DNA of 64,000 nucleotides from an uncultured Nitrospinota bacterium (GTDB lineage Bacteria; Tectomicrobia; Entotheonellia; J063; CAVPRW01): NCBI GenBank assembly GCA_963707985.1, contig CAVPRW010000035.1, positions 83,063 to 147,062 of the forward strand, read 5' to 3'. Shown piece by piece: positions 47,760 to 60,296 of this stretch (position 1 is its first letter; each line of letters starts with the position of its first letter). The notes under the pieces were generated by a model. It saw only the letters and a program-made list of their open reading frames with translations, ran no database searches and was not told where the DNA came from. The position numbers and the translations under genes were made by a program.

Positions 47760-48484
47760 TCGATCGCCTATCGATCCGGACATGCCCGCCGGGCTGGCCG
47801 GTCATGTACCAGACCTGGGATAAGCTGCTCTTCCTGCATTGGCCCATCGCTGCGGAGCTACTGCGGCCGCTGATTACGCCCCGCCTCAGCCTCGACACTT
47901 TCGAGGGGCAGGCCTGGGTCAGTGTCTCGCCGTTCACGATGTGGGGGATTCGGCCTGTCCTCCTCCCTCCGCTCCCCGTCGTGAGCCAATCGCACGAGCT
48001 CAACGTGCGCACGTACGTGCACGTTGATGGCGTGCCAGGGGTCTGGTTCTTCTCGCTCGACGCCTCCAACACGCTTGCTGTCTTAGGGGCACGCGCAGCC
48101 TTAGGGCTCCCGTACTTCCGGGCTCGTATGCGGCTGCAAGAAGAACATGCCGGCATCCAGTTCACCTCTATCCGCACGCACCCCGGGGCACCGGCGGCCC
48201 GGTTCGAGGGCACCTGGGCCCGCGGCGAGCCGCTGCCCTTGCCACCACCAGACTCGCTGGATTTCTTTCTGGTCGAGCGCTACTGCCTCTACACCGTGCA
48301 TTGGCGACAGCTCTACCGGGTGCGCATCTTCCACCGCCCGTGGCCACTCCGCCGCGTCGAACGGCTCTCCTTCACCTCAACCATGCTGGAATCGCAGGGC
48401 CTGCCGACGCCACTGGAGGCCCCGCGGCTGCACGCGCAGGGCAAGCCCCTCCGGGTGGGCATCTGGCCTCCCGAGCGGCTCTGA
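47756..48484 (+). CDS. YqjF / DUF2071 family protein
   Basis: MYQTWDKLLFLHWP, ELNVRTYV, GVWFFSLDA, FLVERYCLY. Confidence 0.88.
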   Translation: MIDRLSIRTCPPGWPVMYQTWDKLLFLHWPIAAELLRPLITPRLSLDTFEGQAWVSVSPFTMWGIRPVLLPPLPVVSQSHELNVRTYVHVDGVPGVWFFSLDASNTLAVLGARAALGLPYFRARMRLQEEHAGIQFTSIRTHPGAPAARFEGTWARGEPLPLPPPDSLDFFLVERYCLYTVHWRQLYRVRIFHRPWPLRRVERLSFTSTMLESQGLPTPLEAPRLHAQGKPLRVGIWPPERL

Positions 48485-48670
48485 CGTATGACCCTTCTGC
48501 CCACGACGGGCCGCCGCCTACCCCTGGTCCTAACGCCGAAATTCTCAAACCATCAGATCCGTTTTTGGGCTATGATGCGGTAAGATTTCCACATAAGCGG
48601 CCTCAATGGACGGTGAGATGCCTAGCGGTGCCATGGTGCAGTCATCGCACGAGACACGGGAGGTGAAGTC

Positions 48671-49307
48671 ATGCAGGTTGGCACGATTGACGCGCAGAAA
48701 ACCGCCATGATCGTGGTCGATATGCAAAACGACTTTGTGGCGTCGGGCGCACCCATGGAAACCCCTGCGGCACGGGCCATGGTACCCACGCTTGCCGAGG
48801 CGCTGCACATCTGTCGCGAGGCCCAGATCAAAGTCCTCTATACGGCGCATGTGCACCGCCGCGATGGGTGCGATATGGGACTCTTTGATGACCTGCATCC
48901 GCCGATCGCCCATCGTGCGGCGTTGGTCGATGGCACCCCGGGGGTGGACATCTACCCTGAGTTGGCCCCGGCACCCGGCGAGCACGTCATCAAGAAGCAT
49001 CGCTACAGCGGCTTTTTTGGCACGGACCTGGACATCATCCTGCGCGAGTGGGGTGTCGACACCGTCATCATCTCGGGGACGACCACCGAGAATTGCTGCC
49101 ACGCCACGGCCACGGGACGCGATGTTTCGCAACTACCGGGTCGTCTTTCTATCGGACGCGACCGCAACGTATGACTACCCGGACCGAGGATTTGGCGCGA
49201 TGCCAGCCGCCGAAGTACACCACGCCACGCTGGTGATCCTCGCGGCATCAACAGCACATGTGATGTCGGTCAACGACATGAAGGTGCGAATATCGCGACG
49301 TGACTGA
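48671..49307 (+). CDS. Isochorismatase-like cysteine hydrolase (frameshift near 49112)
   Basis: IVVDMQNDF, KHRYSGFFGTDL, GTTTENCCHAT, then RDAMFRNY..DATA. Confidence 0.88.
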
Positions 49308-49329
49308 CCGCTCTGAGGAGGAGCAAGCC

Positions 49330-49835
49330 ATGAGCTTTACTTGGTCCCCGAGCGTCGCGATGAGCCGAGAAGAGAGCGACCGCTTTCTGCAGCAGAAAGC
49401 GGTCGCACGACTGACCTCTATCCGCCCGGATGGATATCCCCACACCACTCCCCTCTGGTATGTCTGGGATGGCGAGGCCCTCTGGTTCGAGATCGGCGCG
49501 GAGCACGCCCCAGGCAACACATCCGTAACCTCCGGAATCATCCGAAGCTGTGTATCATGATCGATCGTGATACGCGGCCGGAACACGGGGGCATGTTTGA
49601 CGCACAGGGCGTGCTCATCCGCGGCACGGTGGAGCTTTCGACCGACGAAACGCTCCAGGAGGCGGTGTTGCGGCAGGTCCTCACGCGGTATTTAGGGGAC
49701 GAGGGCGAGCCGTACCTGGACGACATGCTGCAGGATGGCAAGCCCGGAAACAACCGCGTCATTGCGAAGGTCATCCCTGAGCCCCTCTCGGGGTGGGACT
49801 TCCGCTTCGGGGAAAAGCACGTAAGGACAGAGTAA
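49330..49835 (+). CDS. Pyridoxamine-5'-phosphate oxidase-like split-barrel protein (frameshift)
   Basis: ARLTSIRPDGYPHTTPLWY, IRNLRNHPKLCIMID. Confidence 0.8.
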
Positions 49836-50479
49836 TATAGTCCCGGAAACCCTATATTGCTTCACGTTCCTATTCTGAATGTCAACCGCACGCATGAAGG
49901 CGACGGGCAGATCGCGGTGCATTGAGAGGCGATAACTCTGATATGAGCGGAAGGTGGGTCGGTAGGATGGGGGTCACAAGGGGCTCAAGTCGCTGGTGGG
50001 TCCAAGAACACGATCATCATGCGCCCGGAAGATATATCGGAGTTAGACCCGTGACTATGATGGTAGCCATCACATACTGTTCCGGTATCAACAGTACCGC
50101 TGCGACACCTCTACGACACGGTGTCGTCACTGGAAGGATGTCGTGGTACGTTCTGGGAGAGTGCCACAATCGAGCGGAATCCCGAACACCCGCGTCCTGT
50201 CTGTATGAATGTCGTCTTGTATCCTCTACGGTACCCTACGTCATACGTCCGGGCTTTGGCTTATCACCCAACGGTGGTGCCGTTTCCATAAGGCGTTGTG
50301 TATTTGGTGCAGACCCCGTTGGTGGATGGTGGCAGACGCATGGTCAGCGTCACCGACGGCGATCGTTTTTGCGGCACGTGCGAGCGCTAAGGTCCCCGAT
50401 CGCGATACCCATGTCGGTATGGATTCGCGCAGCACCGCCTCTGGTATGGTTGTCGTGCGCCTGCATTGGTTACTCACTT

Positions 50480-50890
50480 CTTGATCTAATTGTTTGCGAT
50501 GACGACCTCGACTTTGATCGCCACGGGATCACATGGGTATGCCCCGCCTGTGTCAGAATCGTTTCGAGGCGCACCGCCACCTCCTTGGCATGGGTCTCCG
50601 GCGCCTCCAGCACGATCTCGTCATGCACCTTAGCAACGATCCGCGCCCCGGTCTCTTTCAAGGCCGCCAGTAACTGCCCCAGCGCCTGCTTCAGGATGTC
50701 GGCGTCGGTGCCTTGCACCGGCATCTTCAAGCGCTCGGTCAGGGGCGGCTGCTTGGACCACCGGGGACGCCGGCCACTCAGGGTCCTGGATTCATACACA
50801 CGACGCTGTTTGACCTTCGCCTGCGAGGACGACACACCTAGATATGCCTTGAAAAATTGCTCGCCAAAAGCCTCGGCTTGTGCGAGCGTC
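50480..50890 (-). pseudogene. Family A DNA polymerase C-terminal remnant
   Basis: PVQGTDADILKQAL..VHDEIVLE (motif C). Confidence 0.7.
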
Positions 50891-51740
50891 AGTCACGGTT
50901 TATTGCTGCAGCTTGGAGATCAGCGCCGTTGGCCTCAGCGCCATCGCTGGACACACGTCGCTGCGGGACAACAAGGAAGGAGGAAAGGCCTATGCGCTCC
51001 TTGGTGCCATCGGCGTCGGTCCGCGACCGAGTCTAGACGACCTCTCCGTGTCCGGTGCGGCCGCCGTGTGGCGGAATGGTGGGTATGTGCGTGTGGTCCT
51101 CCGCCGACTTCTGAGTTCAGGGTGTGGCGGACGATGGCATCCAGCGCCGGGAGAGATCCTGCTGCCATGTCACTGACCTTAAATACATGGTAGCCGAGGC
51201 CGAACCCCAATGTCCTTGGGCGGTGTTGGTATGCACCTCATCCTGGTCCCGATAGGCATCGCTCACCATGCGAGCGTCCGAACGACGTGGCCACACGAAT
51301 GATATAGCATGCGTGAGAGACGTCACCGCGCCGGTCATTGATGGAGCATACAAGACCATCGGCGATGCGTTCGAGTATGCTTGATATCACAGAGGTCTCC
51401 AGGCAAAAAAAACCACTGGCAGCGGCCGCTACCGGTGGCCTATGCACTATAAGCAGCTCCACCAACGCGTCAACTGAAGTGTCCTGGCTGTATAAGCCGC
51501 CACGTCTTTGAGTGCTATCATGGAGATAAGACGGCGACACGAGAGGTTTCAAGTCTAGAAGTTAAGACACCCTCGCACCACATGACTTGGGCCATTGAAG
51601 GCCTTGAGGACGAGTCACCATGACCTGTATGACGGCTCAACGGGTGAGACACCAGAGATATCGACAAGCGCCGAGCGCCATAGTAGAATTATCATCCTGT
51701 AAACACAGTCTAATTGAATAAATTTCGGGGATTCGTGAAC

Positions 51741-53327
51741 ATGCTGCAGGATCGGAGAACGCCGTCATCTATAATCGTGTCAGTACGCAAGATCAAATCG
51801 ATCGAACGGATTTACACTCCCTCATCTCCCACGAAGAGCGTTGCCTCCATCATATCAAAGCCCAATCCTGGAATTACGTCAGGACCTATGAAGATCCCGC
51901 GCTCTCCGCCAGCACGCTGAGGCGACCGCAGCTACAGCGACTCCTCCTTGACCTCAAGGGGGGTGGAGATCGATCACATCGTCGTCTATAAGCTCGACCG
52001 CCTGTCGCGCTCCGTGAAAGATTTTCATACGCTGCTCGAACAGTTTGAGAAGGTAGGGCCGATGTGGTCAGCGTGACCCAAGGGCTGGATACGTCGACCG
52101 CGGCGGCCGGCTGCTCCGGAACATTCTGATGGATTTCGCCGAGTTCGAGCGGGAGATGATTTCCGAGCGGACGAAAGATAAGATGCTCGCACGCGCCCAA
52201 CGTGGGCTGTGGAACGGCGGGATTGCCCCGTATGGCTATACCGGTCACGATAAATGCTTGGTGCTCCACCCCGACGAGGCGTACGTCGTCAAGCGGATGT
52301 TCGAGCTCTATGGGACCACCCGCTCCTTGGCGCAGGTGGTCGACACCATCAACGTCCAATATCAGACCCGGCAGGGACGTCGATGGGCCAAGTCGACCGT
52401 CGAGACGATCCAGAGCAACCCGGTCTATGCGGGCAAAGTCTCCTTCAAGGACCAGCTTTTTGATGGCATCCACGAACCCATGATTCCCTATGAGCTCTTT
52501 TGTCCGCTGGGCCTAATCAAGAAGGTGCGCAGCCACACCCACACCACCGTCGACCACGTCTTCACTCTCAGAGGTCTCCTCCACCTGTGCCATCTGTGGT
52601 TCGACGCTGACGCCTTCGTGGGTGCAGGACAAGAATGGGCTGAGATTTTCTACTCTCGCTGCGTCGCGACCTCGCTCTACAAAACCCGCTGCCCATTAGG
52701 GCAGTTTAATGCGGCACGACTTGAGCAGCTCGTGGAGCCCAAACTCACGGAGATGATCAACCGCCAGGGCTTCCTGGGCGAACTGATCGACAACATGAAC
52801 CTCCAGACCGAGGAACAAGTAGGGCCCTGATGGACGAAAAGCGCGCCGTGGAGCGTCAATTGCGGGAAGTGGACGCTCAGATCGACACCTACATTGACGT
52901 GCGAGGACAGCGGGGCAGTGCAATGTTGGCCCTGATCGAAGAGAAGGTGAGGAGGTTACAGGCGGAAGCCAAACTCCTCACGAAGCGCCGGGATGAGCTG
53001 ACCCTACAACTCGATTGTCGCCCAAAAGCGATTGATGCGCAGATTCTCCAAGATCGTCTGAAAGACTTTACCCAAGTCATGGCGCTAGCCATTCCTGATG
53101 AAAAGGCCCAAATCCTACAGCTGGTCCTAAAAGACGTGAGGGTGAGCAAAGAATTGCTCACCCTCAACATCTACGATTTTTCCAGCCTTACCATCCCTGC
53201 GGCAGGGTTGGATAATCGTACGGAGTGGCTCCCCTCGATGGACTCATTCCGAACATTCTGGTTGACGCCAACACCCGAGATGAAGGCGGTTTTTAATGGT
53301 CTTCAACACCTGGCACTGACTAGTTGA
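51741..53327 (+). CDS. Large serine recombinase (frameshifted)
   Basis: IYNRVSTQDQ, RPQLQRLL, VVYKLDRLSRS, FAEFEREMISERT, GGIAPYGY, NPVYAG, GIHEP, zinc ribbon, coiled coil, tail EWLPSMDSFRT. Confidence 0.85.
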
Positions 53328-53435
53328 GGTGATACAGCAGGCAGGCCACTCGAGGTTCCAGGCCTGCAAGGTACGAAGCCGACCATCGCTACGTTGTTCG
53401 CTCGAAGCTGGCGCACCAAGGCTGCCTTACTCCAC
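53226..53435 (+). repeat. Direct repeat A, copy 2
   Basis: Matches 28238-28447. Confidence 0.85.
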
Positions 53436-53759
53436 AAAATAGGCTTGCACGAAGCACCCACCTTCAGCCGCTGTCATCATGTGCTGCAAACGTAAGTCGT
53501 GGTCTGTTGCCTGTGTTGGCCCGGACCTTAGTCGCCGTGGGCGGTGAGCTGCCTTCGGTCTAGCCGTCCACGTGACAAGGGCGAACGGGCCAGTGAAGTG
53601 GCACACGCATTCGTCAAGCGCTGAACTGTGTCTAAAGGTGCGTTGGCGTTTTTTGACCCTACGATGTGTTACCCTTCATCTTCGCCCGGATGCTGCAACC
53701 GCTGGCACTGCGCACGGCGGTTTGACCTTTTGTGATTTGTGATGAAACGGAGACCAGCC

Positions 53760-54724
53760 ATGGCAATCAACCCGCTTACCAAGCGTCCGCAGCCACCAGG
53801 CGGCGTTCCGCACCGCGCGATGTTCTTGTGGTCTGGTGCCGTCGGCAGCGCAGATCCGCTCGACACGGACTCCGCGGTCAACAGTCTCATCAGCTTTCTC
53901 GACGAGTTGAACGTCGGGTGTAACACGATATTCTTAGACGTCTGGCGCTATCTTGGCGGGTCGAACTGGACGAACGCGCTTCGCGATCGGCTGTACGCCG
54001 TGCTCGACGGTCTCAAGCGCTCTGGCTGCCGCGTCTACGCACTCGCCGGCAACGTGGACTGGGGTGTGCAGCACAAGTGGGTGATGGACAACATCGTCGA
54101 GCCAGTACTCGCGTTCAACGCGATCGCCACGTCACCCAGCCAGCAGTTCGACGGGATCATGCTCGACGTGGAGTATTGGACGGACGAGACGAACTCCCCA
54201 GTGTCGACCAACTGTCCAGGGCTGTGTGACCTCGTCAAAGCGATCAAAGCACGCGCGCCGCAGTTGGGTGTAGGGCTCTTCCTGGCTTTCTTCCTGAAGG
54301 ACAATACTGCGACGCGCGCTACGCTCACGTATGCTGGCAAGACGGCGCAGGACGGCGAGCACTTCATGGACGTGGCTGACTTCCTAGTGGTCGGTGCGTA
54401 CCGCGACCACGCGGCTGACGGCGGCGCGGAAAGCGGCCCTGGTCGATCTCTCTCTTTCAGCCGTGGTACGACTACGCGTCGGGCCAGGGAAAGAAGTGCG
54501 GGCTGTACTGTGGTAGCGAGACAATCAACGTAAGCCCGTCCTACATGACGTACTTCGGCGCGTCGAGAGCAACGATGGAGACAGAGCACGCCGCAATCGC
54601 CACCCAGTTCGCCGTTGCTGAAAACAGTGCCTTTCTCGGACAAGCGATCCATGACTACAACGGCTGGAAGGCCATGCGTAACGTCAAGCATGGCCACGTC
54701 TCCTCTGCCCCAGAGCATTCCTGA
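53760..54724 (+). CDS. Hypothetical protein, possible glycoside-hydrolase-like TIM barrel (frameshift near 54445)
   Basis: VYALAG..W, FDGIMLDVEYW, VVGAYRD, later GSET..TYFG..AIHDYNGW. Confidence 0.55.
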
Positions 54725-54846
54725 GTGCGCCGTTGTGCTCGCCTTTGATACGACCGAGATGGCCCTTGAGGATACTCGGGTCTGAGTTCTGCATGTCGCC
54801 GAACTTTGCCATGCGTTCGGCGCTGCGCGGACGACGATTCAAGAGG

Positions 54847-57800
54847 TCACTTGACATAGAAGTCGTCGAAGTACGCCGTCCCGCCGGTGGCCCCCGAGTC
54901 GATCTTCAGAGTCAACTTCATCTGGGTGATTCCCATACCCGTGGGCGGCGTGAGCGTGCCGCCGGCAGGGGAAACCTTGGTGTACGCCGAGGTGCCAGTG
55001 ACGTAAGCGTTCCAGGGATAAGTTACCTGGCCCCCACTGGCGTTACAGAACCGCAGTTCGACCCAGGCTTTCTTCGTGCCCATGTTGACGGTCTTGATCC
55101 AGCCTTGAATGACATACACCTGGCCTGGGTTCACCGGGATGAACTGCTCCACCATGTGGTAATCGGCCATGCCGACCATCTGCAAACATCCAGGCCCGGA
55201 ATGGGACAAACTCGAGTCCGTGAGCATCGTCGGCGTGCCGCGGAAACGGACCCAACCGGCAGTATTCGAACTGGCCAAGGGTCGCTCCATGGCGCCGTTC
55301 TTGACTTTGTTGTCGGTGATCAGGAGCCGGATATCGTCGAAGTACGCGAAGCCCCCGGTGGTGCCGCCGTCCAGGAGTATCTTCAACCTGGCGGTGACGG
55401 CAGTCGACGGCGCCGTCTGCGCAGTGCTGTAGTAGGTCCAGGCAGTCGTGCCGGAGATTTGGCCCAAGTAGTACGTCGAGCCGACCACCCCGCCGCCCGA
55501 GTCCAACCAGTTGAGTTGCAGCTTGGTTTGACCGCCGGAGATGGTGTCGGTCTTGATCCAGCAGGAAACGGTGATGGCGGAACCGCTGAAGATCGGCATC
55601 GACTGTTCAGTCGACACATACGTGGCCCCGCCTGTCAGCTTGAGGGCTCCACCCCCGTAGTGCGTCGGCGAACTCACAACCGCACAGCCGCTGCCCACGA
55701 TCCAGTCGGTGCCCCCGCTCTCGAAGCCCGGGTTACGCACGATGTTGTCGTTGTTCGTGGGGTCGGTCACCGTGACCTCGCGCATGTCCTTCGCGGTGTG
55801 TGAACTGTTGTCGGTTACGGTCAGATACACCTGGTGCGTGCCGATCGGCAGGTCCTTGGAGAAGGTGGCACTGGTGCTGATGGTCTGGCCGTTGTAGACC
55901 CAGTTGTAGCTGGTGATCGAGCCGTTCGGGGCGCTCGATCCCGTGCCATCGAAGCTCACTGTCTCGAAGCCCGTCTGGTTGGTGTTGCTGATGATGGAGT
56001 AGTCGCCCGCTTCCGCGATAGGCAAGGTCGAGTCGGGGAAGACGTAGCGCCCGTCCACGCCCACGGCCACCGCGGCCGCGCCGTATGGCAGCGCCCCAAT
56101 GTCCGGCGTGGAGTCGGCCGCCACACTGTCCGGCCAGCCGATGGACGTCAGATCCGCACCCCCGCCCCGGGCCGGGCTGGTGCTCTTGAGCCGGTAGTCG
56201 GTATTGAGATAGGACCCGCCGTCGGTGGGAAAGTAGTCCGCTACGCCGGCGAATTGCGGATACGCGATTGGGCTAGGCGGATCGGTGGGGTGGGTTTCCC
56301 ACCCCACGCCATTGGCAGTGAAGTAGCTCTGCCAGAGGCTGCTGTTGCGAAAATCGGTCCAGGTGACGTAGGTGACGCCAGTAGCGTAGCTGTTGAACAG
56401 CGGGGCGGTAACGTTGGTCTTCCGACGGCACCAGAGATTACCGTCCGACAGATCCGGATAGGCCGAGGGAGGGATGAAGTAAAGGGGCTTATCGGTCTGG
56501 ATCACCATGTAGATATTGTTCATGTAGCGCCGTGTCCATTGGGCGGTCGCGGAGATATTGCTCCACACATTGCTGCATTCGTTGGTTCCGAAGTCCGGCA
56601 TGACGAACGTATTCTGGTAGCAGAAGAACTCGGGGACCGGCAAATTAAACTTGAAGTCCTGTCCGTATCGCCAGAGCAGGACCGGGTCTGGCGACAATTG
56701 GCGGTAGCCCAGGGTGGGGACGCGCTGATCGATAATGTTGCGGTAGAGGTAGCGGGCTCCGGTGCTCGTCCAGGAACCTTCGGAGGAACTGAAGGCCATC
56801 AGAACCTTGCGGAAGACGTTGTTGTGAATACGGACGTCCTCCGCGGGCTTCGCGCCGTAAAACATGACGGCTTCGTCGTTGAGATTTTCGAAAAGGTTAT
56901 GGTGGACACACGGCCGGTAGGCAAAGACATGGGCGCCGTCGTGGCCGTTGCGGAACTCACAGTAGGCAATCTCCATGTCCTCGTCATTGGCGCCCCCCGA
57001 GGTGAGCAGGCAGGCGGCGGTCATGCGGCAGCAGCCGGCGCTTTCCTGCTGCCCTTGCGCGTTGACGAAATCGAACGAATCCTTGACGTCGCTGCGGCAG
57101 ACGTAGGAGGGCAGGTTCCCACTGAAGACGCAATGCAGCAAGCGCGCATGCTTGGTCAAGGTGAAGTTAAAACCGTTGCGAGCCATATTAAAGGTGCAGT
57201 GGTCGAAGGTGACGTGCTCAGCGTAATCCGAGCCGGATCCACTGAGTTGGACCGACTTGTTCCCGCCGTTCTGGACGACGATGTTCTTGAAGGTGATGTA
57301 GTCGGACATGACGTTCAGGGCATAGTGGCCATAGAGCGACACCGACAGGGACAGGGTGCGCGGGTCGGTACTCCCGCTGTAGTCAGTCACGCCCGGCTGG
57401 TTGAAGTGTGTGGCCGAGAAGCGGGCGTGGATCTTGTGAGTGGTCGGATGCCACCACAGGCCGGGCCGCGGTAGGTCCAGAGCCACTTGTAACCCGTATC
57501 GCCCCAGATGGGTTGGCCGGCTCGGGGGTCGGACACCGGCACTCTGACAAACGACTCATTGGTGGCCCGCAGGTCCTCCAGGCGGGCATAGGTCAAGAGG
57601 CGATCACCCGCCTGACCGTTGGCGTGCAAAAAACTGCCAAAGGCCCCGTCGTTACTCACCATGGTATAGGTGTTGACCGAAACGTACTCGTCCGGATGGG
57701 CTCCCGTGTCGGTGCAAGGCACCCAGGCGGTGTTCGGGTTGGATATAAACTCTGGGTAACCGGGGTCGAAGATCGCCGTCTCGCCGGGGTAGGACTGGAC

Positions 57801-57960
57801 TGTAACCACGTTACAAGCCGTCCCGGCCCAGCTTTTGTCGAAGACACAGCTGCGGCTGAGAACAGCGGGATTATTGTAGTGGCCGGTACCGCGAAGATTC
57901 ACGATGTCGCCCGGGCCGGCGAACCCCCCGGCATAGGTAATGGTTTTGAATGGCGTGGTG
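54847..57960 (-). CDS. Large right-handed beta-helix protein with PKD and two CBM4/9-like domains (frameshift near 57490; N-terminus unclear)
   Basis: PFKTI..GPGDIVNLRG, beta-helix repeats, PDIGA, FDGTGSS..SITSYNW..LTVTD (PKD), NPGFE and NGAME..YFDD modules. Confidence 0.75.
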
Positions 57961-58120
57961 AGCCCGCCGGGCCGACATCGATGTATCCGCCCCTGGAGTA
58001 CCAAGGAGAAGGACGTCCGGATCACAACGTCCGCATCATTTTTTGCCCTCGTGTCTGTCTCGGTATGAACGTGGGGGCACATACGTTGAACTTTAGATAT
58101 GTATGTGCGGGTCAGTCATA

Positions 58121-58152
58121 GAGAAATCATGCCAAGCTTGGCATGATTTCTC
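58121..58152. repeat. Perfect 32-bp palindrome
   Basis: GAGAAATCATGCCAAGCTTGGCATGATTTCTC. Confidence 0.85.
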
Positions 58153-58204
58153 CAAAATTTCGATAGCCTCACGACGTTCAAATCATAGAAATAGACATTT
58201 GCAT

Positions 58205-59938
58205 CCGACATTGAGCAAGTGCTTAAATAGCTAAAACCGTTTATCCTCCACTGAATGCCTCACAGCATCAGGGTGCTTCAGGGGAGGGCCGCAGCATGGA
58301 ATCGGTACACGTTGAACGCCTGGATCACTTAGGCGTGATTGCCTCGGTTATCAAAGACTTAGAGATGAGTTGAGATGATCAACGCACGGCTCGTGCCAGA
58401 TGCCCAAGAGGTCCTCACGCCGGGCGAAGCCATGGCGGGGATGATCTTGAATGGGCTTGGGTTTGCCCACCGGCCGTTGTCCTTGACCCCGCAGTTTTTT
58501 GCCAACAAACCTCTCGAACTGTTGTTCCGTGAGGGCACTCGTGCCGAGATGTTTAACCGTTTTAAGCTTGGCCGCACGCTTGACGAGGCCTACACCTACG
58601 GCTGCGACCTGTTGTTTCAGGAGTTGGCCCTGGTGGTCTGCGCCCAAGAAGGTCATTGACCTGCGCTTCAATCATCTCGACACCACCAGCTTTACGCTCC
58701 ATGGGGAGTACGTTCCCGACAGCGATGAGCAGGCGATTACGATCACGTATGGCTACTCCAAAGATCACCGGCCGGACCTCAAGCAAGTGGTCCTGGAACT
58801 GATGGTCTCTCAAGATGGCGGCGTTCCCTTTGGCAGCAAGAGTTGGGATGGCAATACGTCAGATATCAAGGTCTTCCAGGAGCGCGCGCAGGCACTGCTG
58901 GCGGCCTTTCAGAATGCCCCGAGCCCACGTTATCTGATCGCTGACTCGAAACTCTACCATGAGGACAATGCCCCCAACCTCCACAACGCTCGGCTTTATC
59001 ACACGGATTCCCCACACCCTGAGCTCGGTCTCGCAGGTGATCACGCAAGCCCTCGCGTGGGACACCTGGCATCGGTTAGATGACGAAACTCGCTATCAAT
59101 GCCTTGAGTTATGCCACTATGGCATGGCCCAGCGCTGGCTCATCGTCCAGTCGAACGCCGCGCTGGAGCGCGCCGAGGCGACGCTCACCAAAGCCAGACA
59201 GCGTGAAGAGGTGGCCATCACGAAGCCACTCTTTCACCTGACAAGCCACACGTTTCCAGACAGCCGAGGTGGCCCAAGACGCGCTGAGCGGCCTTGGCCA
59301 AGCGCTGGACGTACCACCAAGTCGACTCCTCCACCCTGATCGCACACAAACGCTATGTCGGTAAAGGTCGCCCCACACCACACACCCCCCTGAAGGCCAT
59401 CGAATGGCAAATCCAGGCTCAAGTCCGACCTGATCAGGAGGCGATGCGGCACCACCAGCAAGTGAAGGCCTGCTTTGTGCTTGGCACCAATATCGGCACC
59501 AGCGAGTTGAGCGATGCCGAGGTCATTGCGGCCTACAAAGGCCAGTCATCCGTCGAAGGCGGCTTTCGCTTTCTCAAAGACCCCCTGTTTTTTGTCTCCT
59601 CGTTGTTTGTCAAAAAGCCCAGCCGGATCGAAGGGCTGTTGATGGTGATGACCCTCGCCTTGTTGGTGTACTCGGTGGCACAACGCCGCCTGCGTCAGCC
59701 ATGAGCACGCCAGGACGAGACGGTGCCGAACCACATCAACCAACCGACCATGGCACCCACCTTGCGCTGGGTGTTCCAACTGTTGGAAGGCATTCACTGC
59801 GTGCGGGTGACCGTGCAGGGCCGGGTGTATGAGCTTATCGAAGGCCTCAACGACGTGAAAATCAAAATCCTACGCCTGTTTGGAGAACGAGTCTGCTGTC
59901 TTTACCAAATTTCTCCCGGATAGGGTGCTCAATGTCGG
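58205..59938 (+). mobile_element. IS1634-family insertion sequence (transposase 58296-59923, frameshifted)
   Basis: IR CCGACATTGAGCA / TGCTCAATGTCGG; 6-bp TSD TTGCAT; HLDTTS, GYSKDHRPDLKQ, ADSK, YKGQSSVEGGFRFLKDP. Confidence 0.92.
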
Positions 59939-60050
59939 TTGCATGATTCAACATCCTCGCATTATGCAAAGCCGAAATACCCCGATCATGCCCGAGAGAC
60001 ATGCCTGTTACCGCTCATCATTTGCGATGTATCCAACAGATGGAGATGTA

Positions 60051-60066
60051 TGGCATTGATCTTGCT
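60051..60066 (+). promoter_or_regulatory. sigma-54 (-24/-12) promoter
   Basis: TGGCATTGATCTTGCT = GG-N10-GC consensus, ~230 bp upstream of the pilin operon. Confidence 0.65.
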
Positions 60067-60296
60067 CTACAGTTGTACCACCATCAACACCTCTCGCGAC
60101 TAGCGTATTCATCCATGGGGTGGCCCACTGGCGTTTCACCCTCCCTGAGACGCCGGTGCTGGAAGGGGTGGTGCAGACACCAGCCGCCAACCCCTGACGA
60201 TTCAGCCCGCATACCTTGCACGGACATGCCGTGCCGCCACAAGTCAACCACGTTGTCGTGAGGAGGAGCGTCTTCTTCATCGATTCGAGGGACATC

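Noticed and set aside
49922..51193. 423-aa plus-strand ORF
   Set aside because: No recognisable motifs; overlaps the PolA remnant on the opposite strand
55834..57474. Long antisense ORFs (this one and many similar)
   Set aside because: Shadow ORFs opposite well-supported genes in high-GC DNA
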